Shown one piece after another: positions 17,027-31,345 of a stretch of 32,000 bases of DNA. Made by a program: the position numbers and the translations under genes. Positions within the stretch are counted from its first letter, which is position 1, and each line of letters starts with the position of its first letter. The notes under the pieces were generated by a model that was not told the origin of the DNA, made no database searches, and was given only the letters and a program-made list of their open reading frames with translations. The stretch comes from Saccharolobus solfataricus (GTDB lineage: Archaea > Thermoproteota > Thermoprotei_A > Sulfolobales > Sulfolobaceae), in the NCBI RefSeq assembly GCF_900079115.1, contig NZ_LT549890.1:540001-572000 (forward strand), read 5' to 3'.

Positions 17027-18202
17027 ATGAAAATAGTCCTTGCATACTCTGGTGGACTTGATACTACAGTATCGATTAGATGGCTAAAGGAAACCTTTAA
17101 GGCTGAGATTATAACAGTTACTGTAGATGTTGGTCAAAAGGACGATTTTAAGAAAATAGAAGAAAGAGCGTATATAGCCGGCGCCTCAAAGCATTATACA
17201 ATAGACGCTGTTAGGCAATTTGCCAACAATTACATAGCATATGCGATAAAATTAAATGGATTATATGAAGGAGTCTATCCGTTGTCAACGGCATTGGCAA
17301 GACCATTAATAGCAGAAAAAGTAGTTGAAGTTGCAAAAAAGGAAGGAGCTGAAGCCGTAGCTCACGGTTCTACATCTAAGGGAAATGATCAAGTGAGATT
17401 TGACCTTGCAGTTAAGGCATTATACCCTGACGTTAAGATAATAGCACCAGCTAGAATATGGAATATGACTAGAGAAGACGAAATAAAATACGCTAAAGAG
17501 AAAGGAATACCTATCAAGGTTGAAAGTGACAAATACAGCATAGATGAGAATCTTTGGGGAAGAAGTATAGAAGGAGACATAATCTCTGATCCTTCTCTTG
17601 AAGTCCCAGAAGATGCCTTTGAATGGACTAAACAGATCTACAATAAAAAGGAAATAGTCTCTATAGAATTTAGTAATGGAGTTCCTACAGCTGTGAACGG
17701 AGAAAAAATGGAATTAAATAAGTTAGTAGATTTTCTAAATTTAAAATTCGGAAGCCATGGATTTGGAAGGGTAGAACATATAGAAAATAGAGTTGTTGGA
17801 TTTAAGTCTAGAGAGGTATATGAAGTACCAGCTGCTCTAGGTCTAATTTACGCTCATATTGACTTAGAAAAAACTATCTATACTCCAATGGAATTAAGAT
17901 TCAAAAGACACATAGATCAGTTATGGTCTGATCTAGTATATCAAGGATTATGGTTTGAGCCACTAAGAGAGACATTACATAAAGTTGCTGATGAAATGAA
18001 TAAATGGATTAGCGGAGAAGCGAAGGTTGAAGTTAGTAATGGTTCGTTCAGAATAGTAGGTAGAGAATCAGAATATTCTCCATATTCTGAAAAAATTGCT
18101 AGTTATAACAAAGGATGGTATCCAAGCGACGAAATGGCTAGGGGATTTATAGAGATTTGGGGAATGCACTCACTAATAGCGAGAAGAGTAAGGGGACTTT
18201 GA
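17027..18202 (+). CDS. argG: Argininosuccinate synthase
   Basis: [16 protein letters not shown]-loop at the N-terminus. The tracked ORF starts 15 codons earlier (16982), but that extension is hydrophobic and covers the TATA box. Confidence 0.93.
17082..17100. repeat. Copy 2 of the exact 19-nt repeat GGCTAAAGGAAACCTTTAA
   Basis: Read directly. It lies inside argG codons ~19-25 (RWLKETFKA). Confidence 0.9.
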
Positions 18203-19536
18203 TGTTATATAGAAAATGGGGATCTGAAAAAGACGAAGTAGTTAACTATACCTCATCCGTGGATAGCGATAGAGAGATTATTGAAGAAGTGAAATTAACT
18301 ATGAAGGCACACGTAATTAGTCTTTATTTGACTGGATACCTTGGGAAGGAAACCGCTAGAAAGATCCTTGTTGCATTAAACGAGTTTAAAGAAATTGGCC
18401 AAGGATATGAGGATATTCATGAAGCATTAGAGGATTTCTTAATAAAGAAAGTAGGGGAGGATGCCGGATGGATAGGGTTAGGTAGGAGTAGAAATGATCA
18501 CGTTGCCACAGCTTTAAGACTGAGATTAAGAAATAAGCTAATAGAACTTTTAACTGACATTAATAGCTTGAGAAAAATACTATTGGATAAAGCAAAAGAG
18601 CATATAACAACAATATTTCCCTCATATACACATTTACAATTAGCACAACCCACAACATTTGCCCACTACCTAACTTACATTGAAGAGGAGTTAGCTTCGA
18701 GGTGGGAAATAATATTTTCCACGTTAAAACAAGTTAATAAATCGCCATTAGGCTCTGGAGCAATAGTAGGGACAAACGTTAAGATTGATAGAGAAAAAGA
18801 AGCCGAACTATTAGGATTTGACAGTATAATATACAATACATTATCAGCTACTTCATCGAGAGCGGATATTCTCAGCACGATCTCGGAATTAACTGTATTA
18901 ATGGTAGTACTAAGCAGAATAGCTGAGGATTTAATTTTCTTTTCGTCAAATAAATTAATTAAATTACCAGACTCTCATGTTAGCACTAGCAGTTTGATGC
19001 CCCAAAAGAGAAATCCAGTTACAATGGAGATACTACGAGCAAAGGCAGCGGAGTCTATAGGTATGCTAACTAGTTTGCTTTCCATTTACAAAGGTTTACC
19101 TACTGGATACAATCTTGATTTACAAGAGATGAATAAATATTATTGGCTTGTAATAAACTATACTAAATCTTCAATAGGAGTTTTAAGCTCACTCTTTAGT
19201 CAAATACAAGTAAATAAAATAAACATTGATGAATCTAGTTTGGCCACTGATGACGCTGAATTACTTTCCATAAGTAAGAAAGTACCTTATAGATCGACCT
19301 ACTTTGAGATAGCTAAAAAAGTTAGGGAAGGTTCTTATAAGTCAACTTTAAAAATAGAGGATTCTATTAATATGAAGGCAGTAATCGGGTCTCCTAATTT
19401 TGATTTAATGGCTAATTTGATAAAAATTAGAGAAACTAAATTGAAAGAAGATGAAAAGGAAATCGAGGAGTATAAGTTAAAAATAATCTCCAAATTAGGA
19501 GAATTACAAGTGATCGAAAATGAAATTGGAGAATAA
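18202..19536 (+). CDS. argH: Argininosuccinate lyase
   Basis: [10 protein letters not shown] and the fumarate-lyase signature [11 protein letters not shown] start it at ATG 18202, which overlaps the argG TGA (TGATG). The tracked ORF begins 15 codons earlier, inside argG. Confidence 0.92.
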
Positions 19537-20619
19537 GAAGGGTTATTTATATCTAGAGGACGGAACGTTTATTGAAGGATATAGTTTTGGAGCTAAAGGA
19601 ATCAAGGTAGGAGAGGTAGTGTTTACAACTTCTATGAATGGATACGTGGAGAGTTTAACAGATCCTTCATATAAGGGTCAAATACTAATTATTACGCATC
19701 CATTAGTTGGAAATTATGGTGTACCCGAAAAGAAGTATGAACAAGGTATTCTAACCAACTTCGAGTCAGAAAGAATACAAGTTGAAGGCTTAATAGTAGC
19801 TGAGCATACATATCCTAGTAAATGGAACTCAGCGCTGACATTAGATGAGTGGCTGAAATCAGAGAACGTACCAGGAGTTTTTGATGTCGATACGAGAATG
19901 ATTGTAAAAAAGATTAGAACCTATGGCACGATGATGGGAATTATAGCTTCTGAATTAGAAATAGACGATCCTAGAAAATATTTAGAAAAAAAGTACGATG
20001 AAATAGATTTCACACAATTTACATCACCCAAGTCACCAATCTTTCATCCAAATACTGGAGATATGATCGTAGTAGTGGATTGTGGAATAAAACATGGAAT
20101 TTTGTACGGACTTTATAAGAGAGGATTCTCAATTGTTAGAGTCCCTTGCAGTTTTAGTGCTAGTAAGATAATTGAGTATAATCCTAAGGGAATTGTATTT
20201 AGTAATGGTCCAGGTAATCCCAATTTGCTAGAAAATCAAATCAAGACGTTCTCTGAATTAGTGGAGTATAAGATTCCAATCTTAGGTATTTGCTTAGGGC
20301 ATCAAATAGCAACTCTAGCACTGGGAGGTAAAATTAAGAAAATGAAATTCGGACATAGGGCAATAAACAAACCAGTAATTGAAAGCAATTCAAATAAATG
20401 CTATATATCCACTCATAATCATGGATATGGTATAATATCTAAAAACGATATCCCGCCTAATACTAAAATTTGGTTCTATAATCCAGACGATTATACAATA
20501 GAAGGCTTAATCCATGAAAAATTACCAATTATCACTACACAATTTCATCCTGAAGCTAGACCAGGTCCTTGGGATACAACTTGGGTATTTGATAAATTTA
20601 GAACTATGGTGACTGGAAA

Positions 20620-20623
<4 letters not shown>
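19520..20623 (+). CDS. carA: Carbamoyl-phosphate synthase small (glutaminase) subunit
   Basis: 367 aa. GICLGHQ nucleophile and the FHPEA motif. 17-nt overlap with argH. Confidence 0.93.
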
Positions 20624-23775
<3,152 letters not shown>

Positions 23776-24624
23776 TTGAAGATAGCCTTAGTAGTAGATA
23801 TAATTAGACAAGAGGAGAAGTTAATAATAAAGGCATTAAATGAAAGACAAATAGACTATGACGTAATTAACGTAGGCCAAGAACCTATCCCATTCAATAA
23901 AGCACTAAGCAAGTACGATGTTGGTATAATCAGACCAGTAAGTATGTATAGGGCTCTTTACTCATCTGCGATACTAGAGGCCGCCGGTGTACATACGATA
24001 AATTCAACAGACGCTATTGGCACTTGCGGAGATAAGATACTTACATATTCTAAACTATTTAAACATGGAATTCCAATACCGGACTCAATAATAGCAGCAT
24101 CTCCAGATGCAGCTATGAAAGCATATGAGCAAATGGGATTCCCACTGATAGATAAACCGCCTATCGGAAGTTGGGGAAGGATGGTATCTTTGATAAGAGA
24201 TGTATATGAGGGAAAGACAATTATAGAGCATAGAGAAATGCTTAATAATTCAGCGCTAAAAGTACATATTATTCAAGAATATATCAAATACAAAGAAAGA
24301 GATATAAGATGTATAGTAATAGGTGATGAGCTATTGGGATGCTATGCAAGAAATATTCCACCTAATGAGTGGAGAGCAAATGTAGCATTGGGAGGAAATC
24401 CTACACCTATTCAGTTAGATGATAACATAAGAGAATTAGCTGTAAAGTCTGTAAAGTTAGTAAAAGGCGAATTCGTATCTATAGACATATTAGAGCACAA
24501 ATCAAAAGGATATGTTATAAATGAGCTAAATGATGTTCCAGAATTTAAAGGATTTATGCTAGCTACTGGTATCAATGTTGCCGAAAAGCTAGTAGATCAC
24601 ATCGTTAAGACCTACCGAGCTTAG
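23776..24624 (+). CDS. RimK/LysX-family ATP-grasp ligase, probably the ArgX-type glutamate--LysW ligase given its arg-operon context
   Basis: 282 aa. [21 protein letters not shown] is the LysX/ArgX-type N-terminus. TTG start immediately after the carB TGA. GGAGGAGG lies 7 nt upstream (23761-23768). Confidence 0.75.
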   Translation: MKIALVVDIIRQEEKLIIKALNERQIDYDVINVGQEPIPFNKALSKYDVGIIRPVSMYRALYSSAILEAAGVHTINSTDAIGTCGDKILTYSKLFKHGIPIPDSIIAASPDAAMKAYEQMGFPLIDKPPIGSWGRMVSLIRDVYEGKTIIEHREMLNNSALKVHIIQEYIKYKERDIRCIVIGDELLGCYARNIPPNEWRANVALGGNPTPIQLDDNIRELAVKSVKLVKGEFVSIDILEHKSKGYVINELNDVPEFKGFMLATGINVAEKLVDHIVKTYRA

Positions 24625-25198
24625 CCAGAAAAATATCGTGATTAGTCTCCTCTAATAGTCTTCTTATGGTATCAATCTTTTGTCTTAGTCCAGGGACCAA
24701 GGATTTAGGGTACTCGAAACTCCATAGAAGTTCATATAACTCTTCCATTATATTATATGTATTTTCGGCTTCATCTATTTTATTTTTCTTAAGTAACTCC
24801 AATACTCTTCTTCTCATCTCACCTATCGCGTCTGCTATTCCACTTATATAGTATATGTCTGGAATACCGAGTTCCTTAGAGAGCTTTAACTCAACATCAA
24901 AGTACAATGAAATCACTATAGAAGCCTCAGCTAGTTCTTGATACGCAGTTCCTACATCGCCATATAAAAGTTCTGGGAAACTATCTATAATCTTTTGAAT
25001 TTCAGATACTTTAGAAATTGCAATCTGATACTTTTTTAATGCCTCTTCTTTTTTACCCTTGTGAGATAATGAAATTGTCTCCCCGCAATATCTTATTAAT
25101 TCTCTAGCTAGCATCAATACTCTTTCTCTATTCTCAAATCTTTCTTGAAGTACACCACTAATTGAATTAAGATAACCTTTAATTTTCTCAACAAGCAT
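24605..25198 (-). CDS. Translin-family protein (archaeal, COG2178-like)
   Basis: 197 aa, all-helical. [11 protein letters not shown] and [17 protein letters not shown] resemble translin-family motifs. Convergent 20-nt overlap with the upstream ligase gene. Confidence 0.6.
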   Translation of the reverse strand: MLVEKIKGYLNSISGVLQERFENRERVLMLARELIRYCGETISLSHKGKKEEALKKYQIAISKVSEIQKIIDSFPELLYGDVGTAYQELAEASIVISLYFDVELKLSKELGIPDIYYISGIADAIGEMRRRVLELLKKNKIDEAENTYNIMEELYELLWSFEYPKSLVPGLRQKIDTIRRLLEETNHDIFLAKLGRS

Positions 25199-25265
25199 AG
25201 TAATTCCACTATATCCGCACTTTTAACTCTATCCATTAATAGAAATTTACTTATACTTCTTAAAC

Positions 25266-26240
25266 ATGTTTATACATATGAAATCAATTAATAAGGTAGC
25301 CGTAATAGGAGCCGGGGTAATAGGCGTAGGGTGGACCACTCTTTTACTAGCGAAAGGTTATAAAGTAAATTTGTATACGGAAAAGAAAGAAACCTTAGAA
25401 AAAGCTTTAGCAAAAGTATCAGCTTATTTAGTTAATCTGAAAAATCTTGGAATGATAAATGAAGAACCAGAATCCTACATAACAAATCTAACTGGAATCA
25501 CGAAAATTGATGACGCAATCCATAATGTGGATTTTGTAATAGAAGCTATAATTGAGGATTATACTGCTAAGAAGAATTTATTCAAACTACTTGATACTCA
25601 ATTGCCTCAAGACATAATAATTGCGAGTAGCACTTCTGGTTTATTAATGACTGAAATCCAAAAAGCTATGATAAGACATCCAGAAAGAGGAGTAATTGCT
25701 CATCCGTGGAATCCCCCACATCTATTGCCTTTAGTTGAAATAGTACCGGGCGAGAAAACGTCAAAGGAGACAGTAGATTTGACTAGAGAATTTATGGAAA
25801 AGTTAGATAGGGTAGTAGTGCTACTGAGGAAGGAAGTCCCCGGGTTTATAGGAAATAGATTGGCCTTCGCTTTATTTAGAGAAGCGGTGAATTTAGTTGA
25901 TGAAGGAGTAGCCACAGTTGAAGATATAGATAAAGTAATGACAGCTGCCATAGGTCTAAGATGGGCATTTATGGGGCCATTCTTAACTTATCATTTAGGT
26001 GGAGGTGAAGGAGGAATCGAATACTTCTTTAGTAAAGGATTCGGATATGGTGCAAATGAATGGATGCACACTTTGGCAAAGTGGGACAAATTCCCATATA
26101 CTGCGGTCAAAAAGGTATTGGAGCAAATGAAAGAATACGAATTTATAAAAGGAAAGAGCTTTCAAGATCTATCTAGATGGAGAGACGAGAAGCTAGTAAC
26201 AATTTATAAGGCAGTATATAAGGAAAAATGTAATTCATAA
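25266..26240 (+). CDS. 3-hydroxyacyl-CoA dehydrogenase family protein (lambda-crystallin / L-carnitine dehydrogenase-like subgroup)
   Basis: Rossmann motif [36 protein letters not shown]. Alternative start at ATG 25278 (MKSINK). Confidence 0.8.
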   Translation: MFIHMKSINKVAVIGAGVIGVGWTTLLLAKGYKVNLYTEKKETLEKALAKVSAYLVNLKNLGMINEEPESYITNLTGITKIDDAIHNVDFVIEAIIEDYTAKKNLFKLLDTQLPQDIIIASSTSGLLMTEIQKAMIRHPERGVIAHPWNPPHLLPLVEIVPGEKTSKETVDLTREFMEKLDRVVVLLRKEVPGFIGNRLAFALFREAVNLVDEGVATVEDIDKVMTAAIGLRWAFMGPFLTYHLGGGEGGIEYFFSKGFGYGANEWMHTLAKWDKFPYTAVKKVLEQMKEYEFIKGKSFQDLSRWRDEKLVTIYKAVYKEKCNS

Positions 26241-26256
26241 TATTACCAATTTTAAC

Positions 26257-26793
26257 TTACTCTCTAAATTCTAAGATTCCTAAACTCTCAAGTAAACCAG
26301 AATCCGTTACATCAAATAGAATACAATCATCGTCTCCAGTATTTACATGGTAATGAATTTCATTTGCGGGCACTACGAAAACATCACCTGCCTTCCACTC
26401 TATCTTCTCCTTTCCGATAACCGAGTATCCTCGACCCCTAAAAACAAGATATATTGACGCCATATTATGAGAATGGGGTTTAGTCGCAATTCCAGGTTTA
26501 ATTAACTGGAACCCTGCCATCATCGTAGGCGTTAGTCCCCTATTTCTGCAAGTTGAAGGGGAGAAGAACATTATTTTCGCTACACCATTCTGTATCTTCC
26601 CAGACTCTGCAATTCTCTCTAATAGAGGCAACACTTTCTCAAATTTTATTAATTTTGGTTTAACCTTCTCAGGGGGATTAGTGTACTCCATAAAAGTTAC
26701 TACTTTTAGATCATCTTGTTCAATTTGTTTCACTAATTCTTCTACTTCTCCTTTTAATACATCTTGTTTGTCAACTCTTTTTAAAACTTCCAT
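26257..26793 (-). CDS. Cupin-domain protein
   Basis: [22 protein letters not shown] (cupin motif 1, with Glu replaced) and [16 protein letters not shown] (motif 2). Confidence 0.7.
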   Translation of the reverse strand: MEVLKRVDKQDVLKGEVEELVKQIEQDDLKVVTFMEYTNPPEKVKPKLIKFEKVLPLLERIAESGKIQNGVAKIMFFSPSTCRNRGLTPTMMAGFQLIKPGIATKPHSHNMASIYLVFRGRGYSVIGKEKIEWKAGDVFVVPANEIHYHVNTGDDDCILFDVTDSGLLESLGILEFRE

Positions 26794-26894
26794 ATGATGA
26801 TTATGTTTAAACTGCTTAAAAAGATGACTATTATAAAATAGACATTATAAAATAATTATAAGATTTGAATGGAAGCGAGAGATAGAAATGTGTT

Positions 26895-27446
26895 TTATTT
26901 TATAACTAGCAGTGTAATTAAAGCAGTAATAATTCCCGCTACTATTAGCTGAACCATTGTGCTAATCTTAGCTTTAATTCCCTCACCATAAAGCAACCCT
27001 AAAACTGCTAAACTTGATATCCCTACACCTAAGGATAGCATAGTACTATGAGAATATTCATATGCGTAAAGTACTAGCAAGCCTAAGAATGGAGAAATGC
27101 CATGGGCAATAGCAGCTAAGGCTGCAGCTATCCTTGCACTATAGTCATATATAGTACCTTTTAGACTCTTTAGAACTTGCTTTTCTATTTTCTCTAATTC
27201 AGTTTTTTTCTCCCCCAGCTCTACTACTAGCGCATTCCATGTGGATGAAATTGCAGTAGCTATTATCCCACTATATATCGATAAGGAAATACTGGTTAGG
27301 CCAATATGTGAGATCACGCCTGCCAACAAAATCGATAAGGTCAATAAAATACCATCGAATGCACCTAACACTATATAGCGTCTAATCGAAGATTTTAATT
27401 CATATTTTACCACGTATTTTAACGCTTCATATAACTTATTTGCCAC
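26895..27446 (-). CDS. VIT1/CCC1-like (DUF125) membrane protein, tentative
   Basis: 183 aa. VLGAFDGILLTLSILLAGV resembles the VIT-family GxNDG-containing first TM segment. Several further hydrophobic segments follow. Confidence 0.45.
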   Translation of the reverse strand: MANKLYEALKYVVKYELKSSIRRYIVLGAFDGILLTLSILLAGVISHIGLTSISLSIYSGIIATAISSTWNALVVELGEKKTELEKIEKQVLKSLKGTIYDYSARIAAALAAIAHGISPFLGLLVLYAYEYSHSTMLSLGVGISSLAVLGLLYGEGIKAKISTMVQLIVAGIITALITLLVIK

Positions 27447-27486
27447 ATTCCAAATTAGGATTGAACTTTTATATTAGATTAATGCA

Positions 27487-27897
27487 GTGCTTTTGATGAA
27501 TAGACAGATTCTCTTAGCGTTAGCACTACTAGTAATAGTAGTAATGGCCATAGGAGTTTACGAGGGAAATAAATATAGAACAGAAATTAGTACAGTAGCG
27601 TTAGGTAGTCAGCAGACAGATGGAATGTATATGTTGAAGGTTAACGTGATAATGAATTATGGACCATTTGGTGGAAAGTCTCCTCTATCCAATGCGGTGA
27701 TTTGGGTCTATAAATATAATGGAACTACATATTCATTCTATACTTATAATTTCACTAACTCACAAGGGATAGCATCTTTTAATTTACCAGCAGGACAGTA
27801 TAAGATCTTGGTAACACAGTTACGTTTAACCTATATAGTTAACTTAAATCAAAACGAAGAAGTTATAATTAACTATGCCTATTTAAACAGTGGATGA
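27487..27897 (+). CDS. Membrane-anchored/secreted hypothetical protein
   Basis: 136 aa. N-terminal hydrophobic segment ILLALALLVIVVMAIGV. Beta-rich remainder with N-x-S/T sequons. GTG start, with an alternative ATG at 27496. Confidence 0.5.
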   Translation: MLLMNRQILLALALLVIVVMAIGVYEGNKYRTEISTVALGSQQTDGMYMLKVNVIMNYGPFGGKSPLSNAVIWVYKYNGTTYSFYTYNFTNSQGIASFNLPAGQYKILVTQLRLTYIVNLNQNEEVIINYAYLNSG

Positions 27898-27946
27898 GGA
27901 TTACGGGAGTACAACTGAGGAGAATGATGTAGTGGTCCTTCACTGA
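27891..27946 (+). ncRNA. Candidate C/D box sRNA (low confidence)
   Basis: C-like ATGAGGA (27894-27900; alternatively TGGATGA 27891-27897), 14-nt spacer, D' CTGA (27915-27918), 5 nt, C' ATGATGT (27924-27930), 12-nt spacer, D CTGA (27943-27946). About 46% GC by my count, in an AT-rich spacer. It overlaps the stop codon of the preceding ORF. Confidence 0.3.
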
Positions 27947-27980
27947 TAAAAATTTATTTTAATTCCCTTCTTTTATATTA

Positions 27981-28472
27981 TTGATGAGCATAAAAATAGA
28001 TGTTGTAAGAATAGATATACCAGAAGGAACTAATGTAATTATAGGGCAGTCTCATTTTATTAAGACAGTTGAAGACTTGTATGAGACCTTATCGTCAAGT
28101 AGCCCGAATCTAAAGTTCGGCATAGCATTCAACGAAGCTAGCAGTAAAAGACTTATAAGGTATGATGGAAACGATCAAGAGCTGATTAAGCTTGCAATTG
28201 AGAACGCAAAGAAAATAGGCGCAGGCCACGTTTTTGTGATCTACCTAAAGAACGGTTATCCAATTAATGTCTTGAATAGAATAAAAAACGTAGAGGAAGT
28301 TGTTAGAATATTCGTAGCTACAGCTAACCCATTACAAGTTATAGTAGCTGAAACAGATCAAGGAAGAGGTGTAATTGGTGTAGTAGATGGGTACGCCCCA
28401 TTAGGTGTTGAGTCCGAGGCTGATATACAAGAGAGGAAGGAGTTCTTGAGGAAGATCGGATATAAGAGATAA
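27981..28472 (+). CDS. Adenosine-specific kinase family protein (PAE2307-like, formerly DUF355)
   Basis: [25 protein letters not shown]...[10 protein letters not shown]...[28 protein letters not shown]...ATANPL matches my recollection of this family. The likely start is ATG 27984. Confidence 0.65.
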   Translation: MMSIKIDVVRIDIPEGTNVIIGQSHFIKTVEDLYETLSSSSPNLKFGIAFNEASSKRLIRYDGNDQELIKLAIENAKKIGAGHVFVIYLKNGYPINVLNRIKNVEEVVRIFVATANPLQVIVAETDQGRGVIGVVDGYAPLGVESEADIQERKEFLRKIGYKR

Positions 28473-28853
28473 GGCTTTTTCCATCAACATATCAGAAACC
28501 TCAATTTCCCCTTTTAGATACTTAATTAAAGAGGCACAGAGCAAAATTATTGCTTGCAAAAATTTTTTGTCGTCCTTATTTTTTACCTCTCTCCATTTTT
28601 CCTCTATAATCTCATGACATTCCCAAAATCTCATTTCATAAAATAACGGTTTAAATGTACCACTGATCTCGGTAACCATAAATAATGGTTCGCCAATTAA
28701 GGATATAACCTTTCTAGGATCGTCCATTATATCTACTTCAACATATTTCCCTATCCTAACGTCTATTACATTGATGTTTTTACTCCTTAGAAATTTCTTT
28801 AGATCATCGTTAAATATTCCCTTCTTATAGAATAATAAAACCCTACCCAACAT
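28401..28853 (-). CDS. DUF309-domain protein
   Basis: [40 protein letters not shown] resembles the DUF309 helical-hairpin motif. The 3' end overlaps the convergent gene by 72 nt. Confidence 0.55.
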   Translation of the reverse strand: MLGRVLLFYKKGIFNDDLKKFLRSKNINVIDVRIGKYVEVDIMDDPRKVISLIGEPLFMVTEISGTFKPLFYEMRFWECHEIIEEKWREVKNKDDKKFLQAIILLCASLIKYLKGEIEVSDMLMEKALSLISDLPQELLPLLYISLGLNT

Positions 28854-28914
28854 TTACATTACACTCTATCTAATACAAAATATTTTTTACCCTTTAAGAG
28901 AAATAGCATAACAT

Positions 28915-29970
28915 ATGACTAAAGAAGCAGTACTGTATAAAAAAGAGGATGGTAGAATTCGTTGTTTGGCTTGTGCTAGAAAATGTCTAATAGGAGAGGG
29001 ACAAGTAGGGTTTTGTGGTGTGAGATCAGTTAGAAATGGAAAACTATACCTTGATGTTTATGGGAAAATAGCAGCTGCTCATATAGACCCTATTGAGAAG
29101 AAACCTCTAGTACACTTTAACCCAGGTTCAAAGGTTTTCTCATTTTCAACATATGGATGTAATTGGATGTGTATGTATTGTCAAAATTATGATATAAGCC
29201 AAAGGCGTAAAGCTGAGGGAGTAGAACTATCACCAGAAGAGATTGTTGAACTGGCAATGGGGTACGATGTGGATGGAATGACATATACTTATAATGAACC
29301 GGCAATATTCTCTGAATTTGCACATGACGTTGGTATTGTAGCAAAAAGGTATGGCCTATTTAATACTATGGTATCAAATGGGTATTGGACGCCAAATCTC
29401 GTGGACTATGTAAAGGACTTTCTGGATGCTGTTACAATAGACTTTAAGGGAAATGGGGAACAGAAGTTTTTAAGAAGATATACTGGCGCTACATCTGCGG
29501 AGCCCATTATCGAGACTGCGAGTGAGTTATCGAAAAAAGGGATTCATGTGGAAATTACAGACTTAATAATACCGCAAATAGGCGATGATCTACAAGCAGC
29601 AAAACAACTTTTAACTAAACTGTACGATCAACTAGGCGCAGATATACCGATTCATTTCTTAAGATTTCACCCTGATTATAAATTAAATTATATACCGTGG
29701 ACTCCAGTTGAGACACTGGAGAGGCATTATAAATTAGCAAAGGAACTAGGTTTCAAATTTGTTTATGTAGGAAATGTCCCTGGACATCCTTATGAGAATA
29801 CATATTGCCCAAACTGCGGTAATTTAGTAATAAGAAGATATAGCTTCGATATTTTGGAATGGCACCTCACTGAGGATATGAGGTGTAAGTTCTGTGGATA
29901 TAAGTTACCTATAAGAGGAAAGTTATCTAGACACGCATTCAAGGAAAGATTCGAGCCAGTATTTATTTAG
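28915..29970 (+). CDS. AmmeMemoRadiSam-system radical SAM enzyme (PflA-like activase fold)
   Basis: N-terminal [22 protein letters not shown]. Radical [14 protein letters not shown]-terminal CPNCG...CKFCG zinc-ribbon-like pairs. Confidence 0.8.
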   Translation: MTKEAVLYKKEDGRIRCLACARKCLIGEGQVGFCGVRSVRNGKLYLDVYGKIAAAHIDPIEKKPLVHFNPGSKVFSFSTYGCNWMCMYCQNYDISQRRKAEGVELSPEEIVELAMGYDVDGMTYTYNEPAIFSEFAHDVGIVAKRYGLFNTMVSNGYWTPNLVDYVKDFLDAVTIDFKGNGEQKFLRRYTGATSAEPIIETASELSKKGIHVEITDLIIPQIGDDLQAAKQLLTKLYDQLGADIPIHFLRFHPDYKLNYIPWTPVETLERHYKLAKELGFKFVYVGNVPGHPYENTYCPNCGNLVIRRYSFDILEWHLTEDMRCKFCGYKLPIRGKLSRHAFKERFEPVFI

Positions 29971-30721
29971 ACCTCCTTGAAAGGAACTCATTAACTCTTT
30001 TCTTCTCTTCCTCCGTTGCAAATGCGATACCCCATCCTAAACTTTCTAACGTTAAACCACTCAGTATTGGAGCGTCGTTACCATAATTTACTACAGTCTT
30101 TATTAATCTTATAGCTATTTGTGGCTTTTCGGCAAGTTTCAAAGCCAATTCCCTTACCTCTTTTTCAAGAGATGAAGGTTCTACAACTCTATTTACAAGG
30201 CCTATTCTCTCCGCATAATCGGCTTTTATTATATCACCTAACATGATAATTTCCATCGCTCTCCCTTTTCCAATTAGCCTAACCAATCTCTGAGTACCGC
30301 CGAATCCGGGATAAATTCCCAAATTAATTTCTGGTAATCCTAGTTCTGCAATTTGGGAAGCAATTCTAAGGTCACAACTCAATGCTAGCTCTAAACCTCC
30401 ACCTAGCGCATATCCATTTATCATGGCTATGGTAGGCTTAGGATACCTTTCAATATAATCCATTAGTTCTCTTCCCTTTATAGCAAATTCCCAAGCTTTA
30501 ACTGGGTCTAAATCTTTAAACTGAGAAATATCAGCTCCAGCTGAAAAGGCCTTTCCAGAACCCGTAAATATAACAACCTTAATTTTATCATTGTCTACAA
30601 TTTGCCTTAAAATATCTCCAATTTCCCTTATCATAATCGAGTTAATTGAATTTAATTTGTCTGGTCTATTTAATACTATCCATTCTATTGGGGGTTCTTC
30701 TTTTGTAACTATTGTCTCCAT
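29963..30721 (-). CDS. Enoyl-CoA hydratase/crotonase family protein
   Basis: 252 aa. [14 protein letters not shown] and [21 protein letters not shown] signatures. Confidence 0.88.
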   Translation of the reverse strand: METIVTKEEPPIEWIVLNRPDKLNSINSIMIREIGDILRQIVDNDKIKVVIFTGSGKAFSAGADISQFKDLDPVKAWEFAIKGRELMDYIERYPKPTIAMINGYALGGGLELALSCDLRIASQIAELGLPEINLGIYPGFGGTQRLVRLIGKGRAMEIIMLGDIIKADYAERIGLVNRVVEPSSLEKEVRELALKLAEKPQIAIRLIKTVVNYGNDAPILSGLTLESLGWGIAFATEEEKKRVNEFLSRRSK

Positions 30722-30793
30722 TGATAGAAACCCTCAAAGAATATGATGCACCGCAATATTTATCTTTTTAAGCTTTAAGTAGTAATAGTACAT

Positions 30794-31345
30794 GTGACTA
30801 GGAGAGATATAATAATATCAATAATATCAGCACTGCCACCGATAATAGGAACTACTATTACATCGTTTATTATGAGTAGAAGATATGGAGATCTAAAAGA
30901 AGTAATTAAGTATGTAATAATAGGCTTACCAGTTACCTTAGCTATTACCTATTACTTGATTCTAAACATATTTCCAAAATACGTAGATTACTTAATAGCA
31001 ATTCCCGCGCTTTTACCATTACCAATCTCATTTCTCTTAACTAGAAATAACATTTCAATCAACTATAGTGAAGACTATATTGAGATAAAGTTTAAAATAC
31101 CAATTAATATGACCTCCCATGATCCACATGAATTGTTTAATTATGTATTTAATAAGGCATTAGGTAAAATTAGAAACCCTTATTACCATTATAAATTGTC
31201 TGCAGCTGCAAACTGCTCTGGACTAAAGGTATCTTATCAAAATGAGGATAAGTTAGTAATAAGAAGAAAATGCGGAGATATAGATATTAGAATTATAATC
31301 TCCTCTAAGAAAATAGCTGATATGGTAATAGATATCTCATATTAA
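30794..31345 (+). CDS. Hypothetical membrane protein
   Basis: 183 aa. GTG start. Three N-terminal hydrophobic segments, then a soluble C-terminal region. No motif recognised. Confidence 0.4.

Noticed and set aside
26830-26860. Direct repeats of ATTATAAAATA (26830-26840, 26844-26854, plus a partial third copy) upstream of the cupin gene
   Set aside because: This is very low-complexity A/T sequence in a promoter/terminator spacer. It is most simply explained as TATA/BRE-like and oligo-T signals. It is too short and AT-biased to argue for a specific element without comparative data.
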